Source: a virus (taxonomy: Duplodnaviria; Caudoviricetes). From it: a stretch of DNA of 64,000 nt. The position numbers and the translations under genes are program-made. Below, piece by piece: positions 45,110 through 53,621 of the stretch. Under the pieces are notes generated by a model. It ran no database searches. It was not told the DNA's origin and worked only from the letters and a program-made list of their open reading frames with translations. Numbering within the stretch: position 1 is the stretch's first letter; every line of letters begins with the position of its first letter. The stretch is taken from IMG/VR virus record IMGVR_UViG_3300017763_003980. One strand, 5' to 3'.

Positions 45110-46348
45110 CTATAAGTTTTTCCACGTAAATGCTCCAAAGAACATTTCATCTTCTGACATTTGCCCCCAAGGTACACTTCTGCTTGGATCAGGATTCATA
45201 GGATTATCTTCTGAATTATCAAATGCTCCTTCTACATGCAACACAGTACCTGCAGGGATAAATTTAGGTTCACGCCAAGTATATGAAAGTTGCCAAGCAT
45301 AGTCATATTTGGGAATATCTATTAGTTCTTCCCATGTTCCATCTGGATAATATGCTGTTGCTTTCATGCTTTTACCACGAAAATGCATATGCGGTAAAAA
45401 TGTATGTAAGTTTACATTGTTTTGTACAGTTATTTCAGCTTTTTGTACAAAGTTAGGATCATAAGGAGGTATATTTGTCCAAGTGTTAGGGAATATACAA
45501 GCACAATCACCTGCCATTCTTTCTTGAGGTACTACTCCCTCATCATGAAAGTATAAACCAATCCTTGCTTTGTCTGTTCTAGCAGTTCCGTCTGGTGTAT
45601 AGTGTAACTGTAGATTTACAATTGATCCTGCACGTAGTAACCCACCAGTATTTTCGTCATAGTATTCTGGATCGCCGCCAGGAACATATGCACTAATAGT
45701 TGCATAGTTCATATCTCCTTGGCCTTCGCCTTGTGCGCCTAAAAGATTCATATTTCGTTCGCCAGGTAAACTTACTGTATTAAGCATATGATGCATTACT
45801 GTAGGCTCGCTTGGTAAAAACTGTGATCCACGTAGCCAACGATCCTCTGTTAGTCCTAGGTCTGCTTGTGTGTATCTATAAGGTATTGCATTAGGTCCAA
45901 GTGTTCCTATTGCTGGTATTTCTTGTGCTGGTACCTCAATAATCATATCAGGTTCACCATGTACCCATTCTGAAGTTGAGTATACTGTTTCTGTTAGAGG
46001 ATCTCTATCACCTTCTACAGGAGTACCTGCATCAATCCATTGTACAATAGTCTCTATTTCTGTATGACTTAGTGTCCTGTGGTTTATAATACGGTCTGCA
46101 TACACAGGATTTATTTGTCCTGGTGGCATATGTTTAGTTTCAATAGCTTCTTTAATTGCAGGAGCAAATGCTTGTAGCATTTTATAGTTAGTCATTGCCC
46201 ACGGTGCTATACCGTTTTCTCTATGACATGCTTGACACTGCTCTACAAATATAGGTGCTACGTTTTCAGCATAGTCTATATCTACATCTTCATGTGCATA
46301 TGCAACAGATGTTAATAAACTACCTACTAGCAATATTAATTTTTTCAT
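45110..46348 (-). CDS. secreted cytochrome c / copper type II (PHM/DbM-like) monooxygenase
   Basis: Signal peptide (VAYA), CQACH heme motif, CuH ligands MHHM and LHY, CuM ligands PHMH and DEM. Confidence 0.78.
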   Translation of the reverse strand: MKKLILLVGSLLTSVAYAHEDVDIDYAENVAPIFVEQCQACHRENGIAPWAMTNYKMLQAFAPAIKEAIETKHMPPGQINPVYADRIINHRTLSHTEIETIVQWIDAGTPVEGDRDPLTETVYSTSEWVHGEPDMIIEVPAQEIPAIGTLGPNAIPYRYTQADLGLTEDRWLRGSQFLPSEPTVMHHMLNTVSLPGERNMNLLGAQGEGQGDMNYATISAYVPGGDPEYYDENTGGLLRAGSIVNLQLHYTPDGTARTDKARIGLYFHDEGVVPQERMAGDCACIFPNTWTNIPPYDPNFVQKAEITVQNNVNLHTFLPHMHFRGKSMKATAYYPDGTWEELIDIPKYDYAWQLSYTWREPKFIPAGTVLHVEGAFDNSEDNPMNPDPSRSVPWGQMSEDEMFFGAFTWKNL

Positions 46349-47603
46349 TCCTTTCTTCCTTTAGTTTCTCATATCCTTCTTCGTCTAGATGTGTAATAGC
46401 AAGCCAAGCATGTGTCATTTCATCACCTGTTCTTGATCCTCCCATTACCCACATATCAGGGTCTGGATTGTTTGGATTGTTTGCAGTATTATCGTACCAC
46501 TGCTTTAATATAATAACTGCTCCTGCAGGTATTAATGGTGCTACGTCTGGTTCGTACAAATGGCTGTGATGCCATGTTGCACTCCAATTACTTACTTGGC
46601 TAATCTGTTCTGTACGTCCTGTGTTAGGATAGAATATTTCCAAACTTGCTGCGTTCATACGCAAGTGTCCGTGCGGTTGAAAACTATCTAATCTTACAGG
46701 ATGATCAAAACTGTGAAACCCTTGGGTCATATGAAAACCATGCGGGGGGATAACTATATCTGCCTGATCTCCTAAGCGATATAAACTTAAATCTTGTTTG
46801 TATTTCAGTTCTTGGCTTTCCTCTTCGCTGTATAACCAAAGACCAATTTCCACTACGTTGTCTCGAATAACTGATCCTGGTGCCATTGCTCCAAGTCCAC
46901 CTGGGAACATATGTATGTCCCAACGTACTTGCGAGTTCGCCGGTAGTGTACGACATACTCCTTCTGGAACAATCTCTCCCCACTTTCCCATAGCATACTC
47001 CGTGAGCATGCCTTCACGACCTCCGTCGATCACAACATTAGAGTTTGCATGATGTACAACTGATTTTGCATCACCTCTAGGCTTTACTTGGACTGCTTTT
47101 ATACATCTATCTTCAGTTAGCCCTGTTGGTACTAGGTGCTTATGCCACAGATCGTTACCACTTGCTGGAATATCTATTGGAACGCTAGGAATAATTAGAT
47201 TAGGTTGACCAAGGTCACCAGCAAAATTCCATTCGTCAGGGTCAGCAAGATTTGGAGGTTGGACGACTATATCGTTATCTCCATATTGGGAGCCTGAGTC
47301 AACCCAAGCTACTACAGTATCTATTTCTTTTTGTGACAGTCGCCAATCACCTTGTAGGTCTTGTATGCCTATACCGTGATCGTATGCATACGGTGGCATT
47401 TCTCTATTAGCTACTTTCATTTGTATTAAAGGTGCCCACGGACGAACTGCTTCATAGCCTACAAAACTCATAGGACCAATGCCGCCTGGACGATGACATA
47501 CTACACAATTGTCGTTTATTATTTGTGCAACACTATCAGTATAAGTCTGAGCAGATAATGTCATTGGGAATAGCACAGCGAACGCTGCGATTAATTTTCT
47601 CAT
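46320..47603 (-). CDS. secreted cytochrome c / copper type II monooxygenase (paralogue)
   Basis: Signal peptide (TLSA), CVVCH heme motif, VHHA, IHM, PHGH, DEM. Confidence 0.78.
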   Translation of the reverse strand: MRKLIAAFAVLFPMTLSAQTYTDSVAQIINDNCVVCHRPGGIGPMSFVGYEAVRPWAPLIQMKVANREMPPYAYDHGIGIQDLQGDWRLSQKEIDTVVAWVDSGSQYGDNDIVVQPPNLADPDEWNFAGDLGQPNLIIPSVPIDIPASGNDLWHKHLVPTGLTEDRCIKAVQVKPRGDAKSVVHHANSNVVIDGGREGMLTEYAMGKWGEIVPEGVCRTLPANSQVRWDIHMFPGGLGAMAPGSVIRDNVVEIGLWLYSEEESQELKYKQDLSLYRLGDQADIVIPPHGFHMTQGFHSFDHPVRLDSFQPHGHLRMNAASLEIFYPNTGRTEQISQVSNWSATWHHSHLYEPDVAPLIPAGAVIILKQWYDNTANNPNNPDPDMWVMGGSRTGDEMTHAWLAITHLDEEGYEKLKEERNEKINIASR

Positions 47604-47625
47604 AGTAATTCTCCTGGAACTTACT

Positions 47626-47655
47626 AATATTTAAGCACATCTTTTTAAAAATGCA
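47626..47655 (-). promoter_or_regulatory. promoter for the monooxygenase-pqqA operon
   Basis: TTGCAT-N17-TAAATA, which also reads as a late-like TTAAATA; SD CAGGAG downstream; coordinates approximate. Confidence 0.45.
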
Positions 47656-47689
47656 ACCTAAATACTAGCTTTGTTACAAAAGATTACAT

Positions 47690-48442
47690 TTAGTCTAGGT
47701 CGGAAGGAACATCAGTGTCGCGGGCGTCAACTATATAGTTGTTTTTTTCATCTGCCATAAAGAAGCGCCAGCCTTTGAATGTAAGTACTGCTGTTTTTAT
47801 TAATGAATGATATCTTCGACTTGTTGTTTTACTGATATCACCTGTTCTTGCTACTACAGTTTCTCTGGGATATGGTATAACTTGAACCAAAGGAGTGCCT
47901 TGTTTGATAACAAAGTCTTTATTTGTTTTTAGCATTATGTTTATTGGAGTTTGACCTGGTCCTTTATCATGATTGATAGAACCAGGAACAGCTTCAAAGT
48001 AAGGATTTTCGTGAAAAAGCATTGGCAAGTATGTTGTACTCCATCCTTTTTTAGTATACATAATCCACGGATTATCTAATTTGACCGGAGTTTGTAAACT
48101 AAATCTTGTATTTAAAAAATCTCCCATTTGCTCTTTACTGTGATATGCGTGATTGCAATCTGGATCAGAGTATGTAACATGGGGATGGTCGTTTATTATT
48201 TTAACATCAATGTCACACCAAGCAGGTATTACAAATCCTTGTCCTATATAATGTTGCAACCCCGGACAAATTTTGACACTGTAAACATTTTGTTTTTGAA
48301 ATTCTCCCTTATGTAAAACTGTAGGAAGATTTTTAAATTTTTCTGGTATAAATTCTGCCGCGGGTCTAATTGGGCTATACTTCCGTGTTGCCCAATTTTC
48401 ACATTCAAATAATATAGTTGGTTCTGGTTTCTTTTTAAACAT
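47690..48442 (-). CDS. hypothetical protein (DUF6065/dUTPase-like beta fold possible)
   Basis: PWIMYTKKGWS and GTPLVQVIP motifs. Confidence 0.6.
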   Translation of the reverse strand: MFKKKPEPTILFECENWATRKYSPIRPAAEFIPEKFKNLPTVLHKGEFQKQNVYSVKICPGLQHYIGQGFVIPAWCDIDVKIINDHPHVTYSDPDCNHAYHSKEQMGDFLNTRFSLQTPVKLDNPWIMYTKKGWSTTYLPMLFHENPYFEAVPGSINHDKGPGQTPINIMLKTNKDFVIKQGTPLVQVIPYPRETVVARTGDISKTTSRRYHSLIKTAVLTFKGWRFFMADEKNNYIVDARDTDVPSDLD

Positions 48443-49119
48443 CAAAGTTCCTCAATTAGTGGAAATATCTCAGCAATAATCTTAGCACACTCTTTTGCAA
48501 TATCCATATGTTCTTTTTGTGTACCATTTGCACTACGAAGATCGATATAATGTACCCAACTGCGTAATGTGCCATTCATATATAATGTAGTTTTTGTTAA
48601 ACCTTCAGGCAATACTTTACGTGCTACTTCTTTGGCAATACCTGCTTTTATAGCCCAATCATATGCTCTTCCTGCTGTATAACAAACATCTTGTTGTAGT
48701 TCTTCCCAGCGATTAATAAGCTCAGGCATTCCCTCTTCACCGAGATCAATGTCAATCGAGTTTTGTCTATTCTTAGTGTCTTGCAAACGTGCTTCGCTAG
48801 TAACAAATACTTCTCCTTGTTCTTTGGGATCTGCATAACGCTGACTAAACTCTTGGAATGCAAAGCTACGATGTCTAACTATTTGATGTGCAATATCTCT
48901 AGTAGTTTCAATCTCTAAAACAGCATTTACCATTTCTAATGGTGACCAATGTTGATGTTTGATCAGGTACTTAATAAGCTTTTCACTAGTTTCACTGTTA
49001 ATTTGTGCTGAAGGATTACTTACCCTAGCACAAAATGCAATTAAATCTTGAACATTTTCAAGTCCTTCGTCTAAAAATTCCTTGCTGGGTGCATTATAAC
49101 TTACTAATCTAACGGCCAA
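48442..49119 (-). CDS. thyX: flavin-dependent thymidylate synthase
   Basis: HWSPLEM, RHRSFAFQEFSQRY, RSWVHYIDLR, TQKEH. Confidence 0.95.
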   Translation of the reverse strand: MAVRLVSYNAPSKEFLDEGLENVQDLIAFCARVSNPSAQINSETSEKLIKYLIKHQHWSPLEMVNAVLEIETTRDIAHQIVRHRSFAFQEFSQRYADPKEQGEVFVTSEARLQDTKNRQNSIDIDLGEEGMPELINRWEELQQDVCYTAGRAYDWAIKAGIAKEVARKVLPEGLTKTTLYMNGTLRSWVHYIDLRSANGTQKEHMDIAKECAKIIAEIFPLIEEL

Positions 49120-49166
49120 AGTGCTTCTCCTTTATATGTACTATATAATTTATCAGTTTTTTATTG

Positions 49167-49511
49167 TTAATCGCCTTCTCCTGGCTCCTCTGAAAAATGT
49201 TCTTCAAATTTGTTTTCTACTCCATCCCAATCAGCTGCATCAGCTGGTGCTTCTTTCTTTTCTGTAATGACGGGCCATATTAAACTGTACTTAGAGTTAA
49301 TTTCTAACAAATCAATTGAATGATTACTAGCTTCTGCATCTGGAATAATAGCATCTACTGGACATTCTGGCACACAAACTCCACAATCAATACATTCATC
49401 TGGATTAATAACAAGCATATTCTCACCCTCGTAAAAACAATCCACAGGACATACTTCTACGCAATCCATATGCTTGCACTTAATGCAATTTTCATTTACA
49501 AGGTAAGTCAT
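49167..49511 (-). CDS. fdxA: 7Fe ferredoxin (FdxA-type)
   Basis: [43 protein letters not shown]. Confidence 0.92.
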   Translation of the reverse strand: MTYLVNENCIKCKHMDCVEVCPVDCFYEGENMLVINPDECIDCGVCVPECPVDAIIPDAEASNHSIDLLEINSKYSLIWPVITEKKEAPADAADWDGVENKFEEHFSEEPGEGD

Positions 49512-49514
49512 TAA

Positions 49515-50096
49515 TTAGTATCCCTTTACGACTTGTTCAAGCCATGTTGTTAGTATGTACTTATCCTCCTTTCCAATAGGGGGATTTCCTCTGTGAGAAT
49601 GAGTCCAATCTGCCGGCCACATAAGCACTCTACCTTGCTTAGGACTAATACGTTTGTTTTGGTATAAAAATTCTGTTTCGCCTGCTTCGTCGATGTCATT
49701 TAAGTATAATTGTACAACAACTTTTCTTGGAGACCTTTCTCCAATAGACTCGTAATGCCAGTTATGAAAGCCGCCACCTGGTTTTATTTTTTTCATTTTT
49801 AAACCAGCACCTTGCATGTCCATATTAATTAATGTGCTAAATTCTTTTAAATAAATTGGAAATAATTGCTTCCATATGATTTCAAAAAAATGATCTACAA
49901 AAGAAGGATGCACATCGTGAAGTGTCTTTGGATCATCTAAAAATATTTCTTCCATATCATTGTCGTGTTTTAGTCCTCGTGTAGGAGAAATAAATCTATT
50001 GCCTTTGAGATTAAAATATTTAATTAAATCATTACAATAATTTTCATTAAATGCATTATCAAATATTCCAATAAAGCCTTCTTTTTTAAAATCCAT
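49515..50096 (-). CDS. 2OG-Fe(II) oxygenase
   Basis: GFHNWHYE, QLYLND, GETEF, WTHSHRG. Confidence 0.82.
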   Translation of the reverse strand: MDFKKEGFIGIFDNAFNENYCNDLIKYFNLKGNRFISPTRGLKHDNDMEEIFLDDPKTLHDVHPSFVDHFFEIIWKQLFPIYLKEFSTLINMDMQGAGLKMKKIKPGGGFHNWHYESIGERSPRKVVVQLYLNDIDEAGETEFLYQNKRISPKQGRVLMWPADWTHSHRGNPPIGKEDKYILTTWLEQVVKGY

Positions 50097-51010
50097 TATA
50101 GCCTTGCCAATCTAATTAGCGTTGCTGCTAGGTTAATCTCCGGATCAGCTACTAACGTATGATCAACTAAGCCCTGTTTAATAGTTAGAACTGCTGTGTC
50201 TTGCTTTTCTTCGTCACCAAATAATTCAATATTATCATATAACCAGCGGTAAATCTCTTCCATTTCTTCTGGACGGACTGCGCCACACAATAGCTTACGT
50301 GCTTCTTGTATTTTACCAGCTTTGAACAATTCAACCATATCAAGCTTCCAATCTGCTTCGCCTGTGTCGCCTTCATTGGGTTTTAGTAAACTGTTGTCTT
50401 GCACATTCATTTGTACTGTATTAATACACTTACGTAAATCAGGATATGTTGCTTTTACATAGGTATCGAGCGTATCCAGATCAGGAGTAACACCTTCGGT
50501 AATAAGGATTTCAGCAACTCTAGCTGTGAATTCAGTTTGGTCAATTTTAGCAATGTGGAAACCTTGGCACCTACTATGCAAAGCGGGTATAACACGATTT
50601 GGATAGTTACAAGTAAGAATGAAACGAGCAGTAGTATGATACTCTTCCATAACACCACGCAATGCCGCTTGAGCGTTGGGAGATAAGTAATCAGCTTCAT
50701 CTAATAATACAACCTTAAAGTCCCCAAATGGGATCATTTGTACAAAGTTTACAATTTTATCACGTACATCATCTACAGAATTTGTACGTGATGCGTTTAT
50801 TTCTAATATATCTAAATCATTTATTTCAAGTTCGTTAAACAATAGTTTTGCAAGTGTAGTTTTACCAATACCTGCATTACCGCTAAACAACAAATGCGGA
50901 ATAGTCTTTTCTTTAATCCAAGTTTTTACTTGTGATCGTTGTGCTTCATCACGAAACACATAACCATCAACTGTTTTCGGTCTATATTTTTCTACCCATA
51001 AATCTTTCAA
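50096..51010 (-). CDS. clamp loader subunit (RFC/gp44-like)
   Basis: WVEKYRP, GNAGIGKT, EINAS, LDEAD, SRC. Confidence 0.93.
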   Translation of the reverse strand: MKDLWVEKYRPKTVDGYVFRDEAQRSQVKTWIKEKTIPHLLFSGNAGIGKTTLAKLLFNELEINDLDILEINASRTNSVDDVRDKIVNFVQMIPFGDFKVVLLDEADYLSPNAQAALRGVMEEYHTTARFILTCNYPNRVIPALHSRCQGFHIAKIDQTEFTARVAEILITEGVTPDLDTLDTYVKATYPDLRKCINTVQMNVQDNSLLKPNEGDTGEADWKLDMVELFKAGKIQEARKLLCGAVRPEEMEEIYRWLYDNIELFGDEEKQDTAVLTIKQGLVDHTLVADPEINLAATLIRLARL

Positions 51011-51543
51011 CGTTGCACTCCTAGTTCTTTGTATGCTACTTGTACTGATTTAGCCTGAAAGTATGCATCTGCTAGTGCATTGTGGAGATCACTTTGCATT
51101 GCTTTACGCGGATCTACTTTACAACAACTAAACAGTGTGCGACTATCTTTGACTTGCCAAAATTGCCATGGAATAGGACGACTCCAATTTCTATATAGGT
51201 CTTCTAAAATTGTAATATCAAATCCATAGCCATGACCCCAAATAGTGTCAACACCAACTAACCATTTTGTTAGCTGATCTAACATTGTATCTACATCCAT
51301 GCGTCCTGCTTCGGAGAATGCTTCTTCCATTGCTTTAGGATCTTGTTTACTCCACCATTCAATCGTGCTATCACTAGCAGTCCTGCCAGCACTATCTTGC
51401 TGATCAATATCAGGTTTAATGTATAGTTCAGAATGAGGTTCGTCACTAGTAAGTGCATTAAATTTTACAGCACCTAAACTAAGTATTTGGCAACTTGGTT
51501 TAGTATCTAGTGTTTCTAGATCAATCATTGCATGTATAGCCAT
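51007..51543 (-). CDS. DEDDh 3'-5' exonuclease
   Basis: MIDLETL, HGYGFD, HNALADA. Confidence 0.85.
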   Translation of the reverse strand: MAIHAMIDLETLDTKPSCQILSLGAVKFNALTSDEPHSELYIKPDIDQQDSAGRTASDSTIEWWSKQDPKAMEEAFSEAGRMDVDTMLDQLTKWLVGVDTIWGHGYGFDITILEDLYRNWSRPIPWQFWQVKDSRTLFSCCKVDPRKAMQSDLHNALADAYFQAKSVQVAYKELGVQR

Positions 51544-51707
51544 TATTTAATTTTCCTATTTTCTTGCCCAATACCAGATAATATAAGAAGTATGTATAAG
51601 ATAGGCCACCACCATCCTGTTAAATAATCAGTTAAATGAAGTGTCATTAATACAACGCCTGTTAGGCCAGTTGTACCTAAGCCACTAAGTTGTGTAGGTA
51701 ATTTCAT
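51543..51707 (-). CDS. 54-aa membrane protein (not in ORF track)
   Basis: MKLPTQLSGLGTTGLTGVVLMTLHLTDYLTGWWWPILYILLILSGIGQENRKIK; SD GAGGAG; TAATG overlap. Confidence 0.65.
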   Translation of the reverse strand: MKLPTQLSGLGTTGLTGVVLMTLHLTDYLTGWWWPILYILLILSGIGQENRKIK

Positions 51708-51730
51708 ACAAACTCCTCATTAATATTATT

Positions 51731-51759
51731 ATTATAACTTATAATGCGGAGTTTGTCAA
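51731..51759 (-). promoter_or_regulatory. sigma70-like promoter
   Basis: TTGACA-N17-TATAAT. Confidence 0.8.
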
Positions 51760-51768
51760 GCGGTTTTA

Positions 51769-52179
51769 TTACAAATCGCCTTCTTTTCTATTTTCAGAAT
51801 AATATGCATCGAAGTCACCACCTGGATATCGTGCTTTTAGCTTGTCAATATTCATTTGGATTACTTCGTTTGGATCAATATTAAGAGCCATACAGCCTTG
51901 CATCCAGTACCACATAACATCACCTAGCTCACGTTGCATGTGCCAAATGTTATCTTCGTCAAGTGGTTTACCTTGAAATACAATTTTTTTGATAACTTCG
52001 GTAAATTCTCCAGCTTCTGCACTAAGTCCTAAACATGCTGTTAATAGCCTTGGCATATTGACAGTACGCTCATTTTGTAGCTCAGTCCACCGAGTGGAAA
52101 AGTCGTTATTATTTTTACTTTCGTTGCTAGTTACTGCATCAACGAATTCTTGATACTTGTTAAGATCAATATTTTTCAA
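51769..52179 (-). CDS. mazG: MazG-like nucleotide pyrophosphohydrolase
   Basis: GLSAEAGEFTEVIKK, RELGDVMWY, NIDKLKARYP. Confidence 0.88.
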   Translation of the reverse strand: MKNIDLNKYQEFVDAVTSNESKNNNDFSTRWTELQNERTVNMPRLLTACLGLSAEAGEFTEVIKKIVFQGKPLDEDNIWHMQRELGDVMWYWMQGCMALNIDPNEVIQMNIDKLKARYPGGDFDAYYSENRKEGDL

Positions 52180-52194
52180 AGGAGCCTCTTTCTA

Positions 52195-52602
52195 TTAAGC
52201 TGTTACGAATGCTGATGGATCAATAGTTGCATGCTGACCATCTGTAAATTCCTGTCCGATTTGTAAATCGTTTGGTTTCTCTTTACTATAAGCTAAGATA
52301 CTTTCTAGCTCAACTTTACGCATTTCAATTTCACCATCGGCTTCTGTTTCGAGTTTTAATCCTCTAGTCCATCTACCATGTGATATTAAAATCCAATCTC
52401 CTACTTCATAAGGGTCTTTATTATGTGGACCTTTAGAATAAACTTTACCCCAGCGAGGATAAATTCCTCTTGTGTCGCCGTCATCGCTACTAATTATAAG
52501 TCCTGCGGCAGTAGTTTGCTCGCCAAAATGCATCTCAGTTACTAATACATCTTCGCCTTTAGCTCGTGGTGTACCTTTAATTGCATTATAGTTTTGCGCC
52601 AT
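52195..52602 (-). CDS. groES: GroES-like co-chaperonin
   Basis: EQTTAAGLII mobile loop, GKVYSKG, EVGDWIL, ESILA. Confidence 0.75.
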   Translation of the reverse strand: MAQNYNAIKGTPRAKGEDVLVTEMHFGEQTTAAGLIISSDDGDTRGIYPRWGKVYSKGPHNKDPYEVGDWILISHGRWTRGLKLETEADGEIEMRKVELESILAYSKEKPNDLQIGQEFTDGQHATIDPSAFVTA

Positions 52603-52604
52603 TA

Positions 52605-53033
52605 TTAGCTTCCTTTTTGTACAAAGTTACCGTCTGCATCTTCAACCCATTCGTCTTCAGCCGCTGCTTCTTCCATCATTTCGGCTTCTTCAGTTGTAAG
52701 ATCAGCTACTTCAATTGCAGGTTCGTCTTTTACTTTTACTTTACGCTTAGTTTTTTTAACAGCTGCTTCTGTTTCAGCTACATCTTGTTCTACAACTGTA
52801 TTTTCAGGAGCCGGAGCATGAGCTGCTGTGCCTGCTTGTGCATAATGATCAGCTACAATTTCTTCTCTTTTACGAAGAATTTTTCCACCTGGTCCTAACT
52901 CGTCGCCTCGAGCGTTTACTCGAGCGTTACCCATAGCTGGGGTTAATTCATTACGTTTACGAAGTAAGTCCATATCTACAACTTTACCACGTAAACTTCG
53001 GATTTGTTTTTTTCCACCTGTTACTTTTGACAT
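52605..53033 (-). CDS. hypothetical protein
   Basis: Basic N-terminus, acidic C-terminus; ATAAGTA at 53061-53067. Confidence 0.7.
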   Translation of the reverse strand: MSKVTGGKKQIRSLRGKVVDMDLLRKRNELTPAMGNARVNARGDELGPGGKILRKREEIVADHYAQAGTAAHAPAPENTVVEQDVAETEAAVKKTKRKVKVKDEPAIEVADLTTEEAEMMEEAAAEDEWVEDADGNFVQKGS

Positions 53034-53063
53034 ATTAATTGCCTCCTAATGTTATATACATAC

Positions 53064-53585
53064 TTATCTCATGAACTCATTGAAGTCCAGGCCATACTGG
53101 ATTGAGTCTACTTTATGTACGCCTATTAAATATAAAATATAGCTTGCTACACTAGATCCACGTCCTACACCCCACACAATGTCATTCTCACGCATAAAGT
53201 CTACAAGATATACCATGTAACATAAAAGATCTAGCATACCACGTTTGCTATATTCTTTAAATTCTAGTTCAACTCTATCTAAAGAGATGTTGTCTGGACA
53301 TCTTTGTTCTAAGTATCTGTAAACATCCATATTTTTATATTCATCTGGCATAAACCATTCACTTTGTAATACGCCGTCAAAGTCTTTTTTCTCTACTTCT
53401 AATGGAATATACTTAGTTAGCTTTGACAACCCTTGTTCTTCTGCAGCTTTATTAAATAAATTAACATCGTCACTTTCATCACACAAAACAACATGGCATT
53501 TATCCACATTACCTGTGTAAATCATATCGATAAGATCCTTGTTAGAGAATCTTGGAATACCTAGTTCGTCTGTTTTCATAAGCAT
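53064..53585 (-). CDS. stand-alone fragment of DNA polymerase III alpha (DnaE palm N-part)
   Basis: RVELE...LVDFMRENDIVWGVGRGSSVASYILYLIGVHKVD...LDFNEF; ends before the PDIDxD aspartates. Confidence 0.8.
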   Translation of the reverse strand: MLMKTDELGIPRFSNKDLIDMIYTGNVDKCHVVLCDESDDVNLFNKAAEEQGLSKLTKYIPLEVEKKDFDGVLQSEWFMPDEYKNMDVYRYLEQRCPDNISLDRVELEFKEYSKRGMLDLLCYMVYLVDFMRENDIVWGVGRGSSVASYILYLIGVHKVDSIQYGLDFNEFMR

Positions 53586-53592
53586 ATAGTAT

Positions 53593-53621
53593 ATTTTAAC
53601 TGATATTAATCAAATTGTCAA
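53593..53621 (-). promoter_or_regulatory. sigma70-like promoter for the DnaE fragment
   Basis: TTGACA-N17-TAAAAT, 7 nt before the ATG. Confidence 0.7.

Noticed and set aside
52909-52931. Short direct repeat CGAGCGTT(T)AC
   Set aside because: Two copies encoding NARVNARG within a protein; not a repeat element
53064-53585. Calling the DnaE fragment a pseudogene or a functional polymerase
   Set aside because: The frame and promoter are intact with no decayed remainder nearby, but the catalytic aspartates are missing, so neither label is supported
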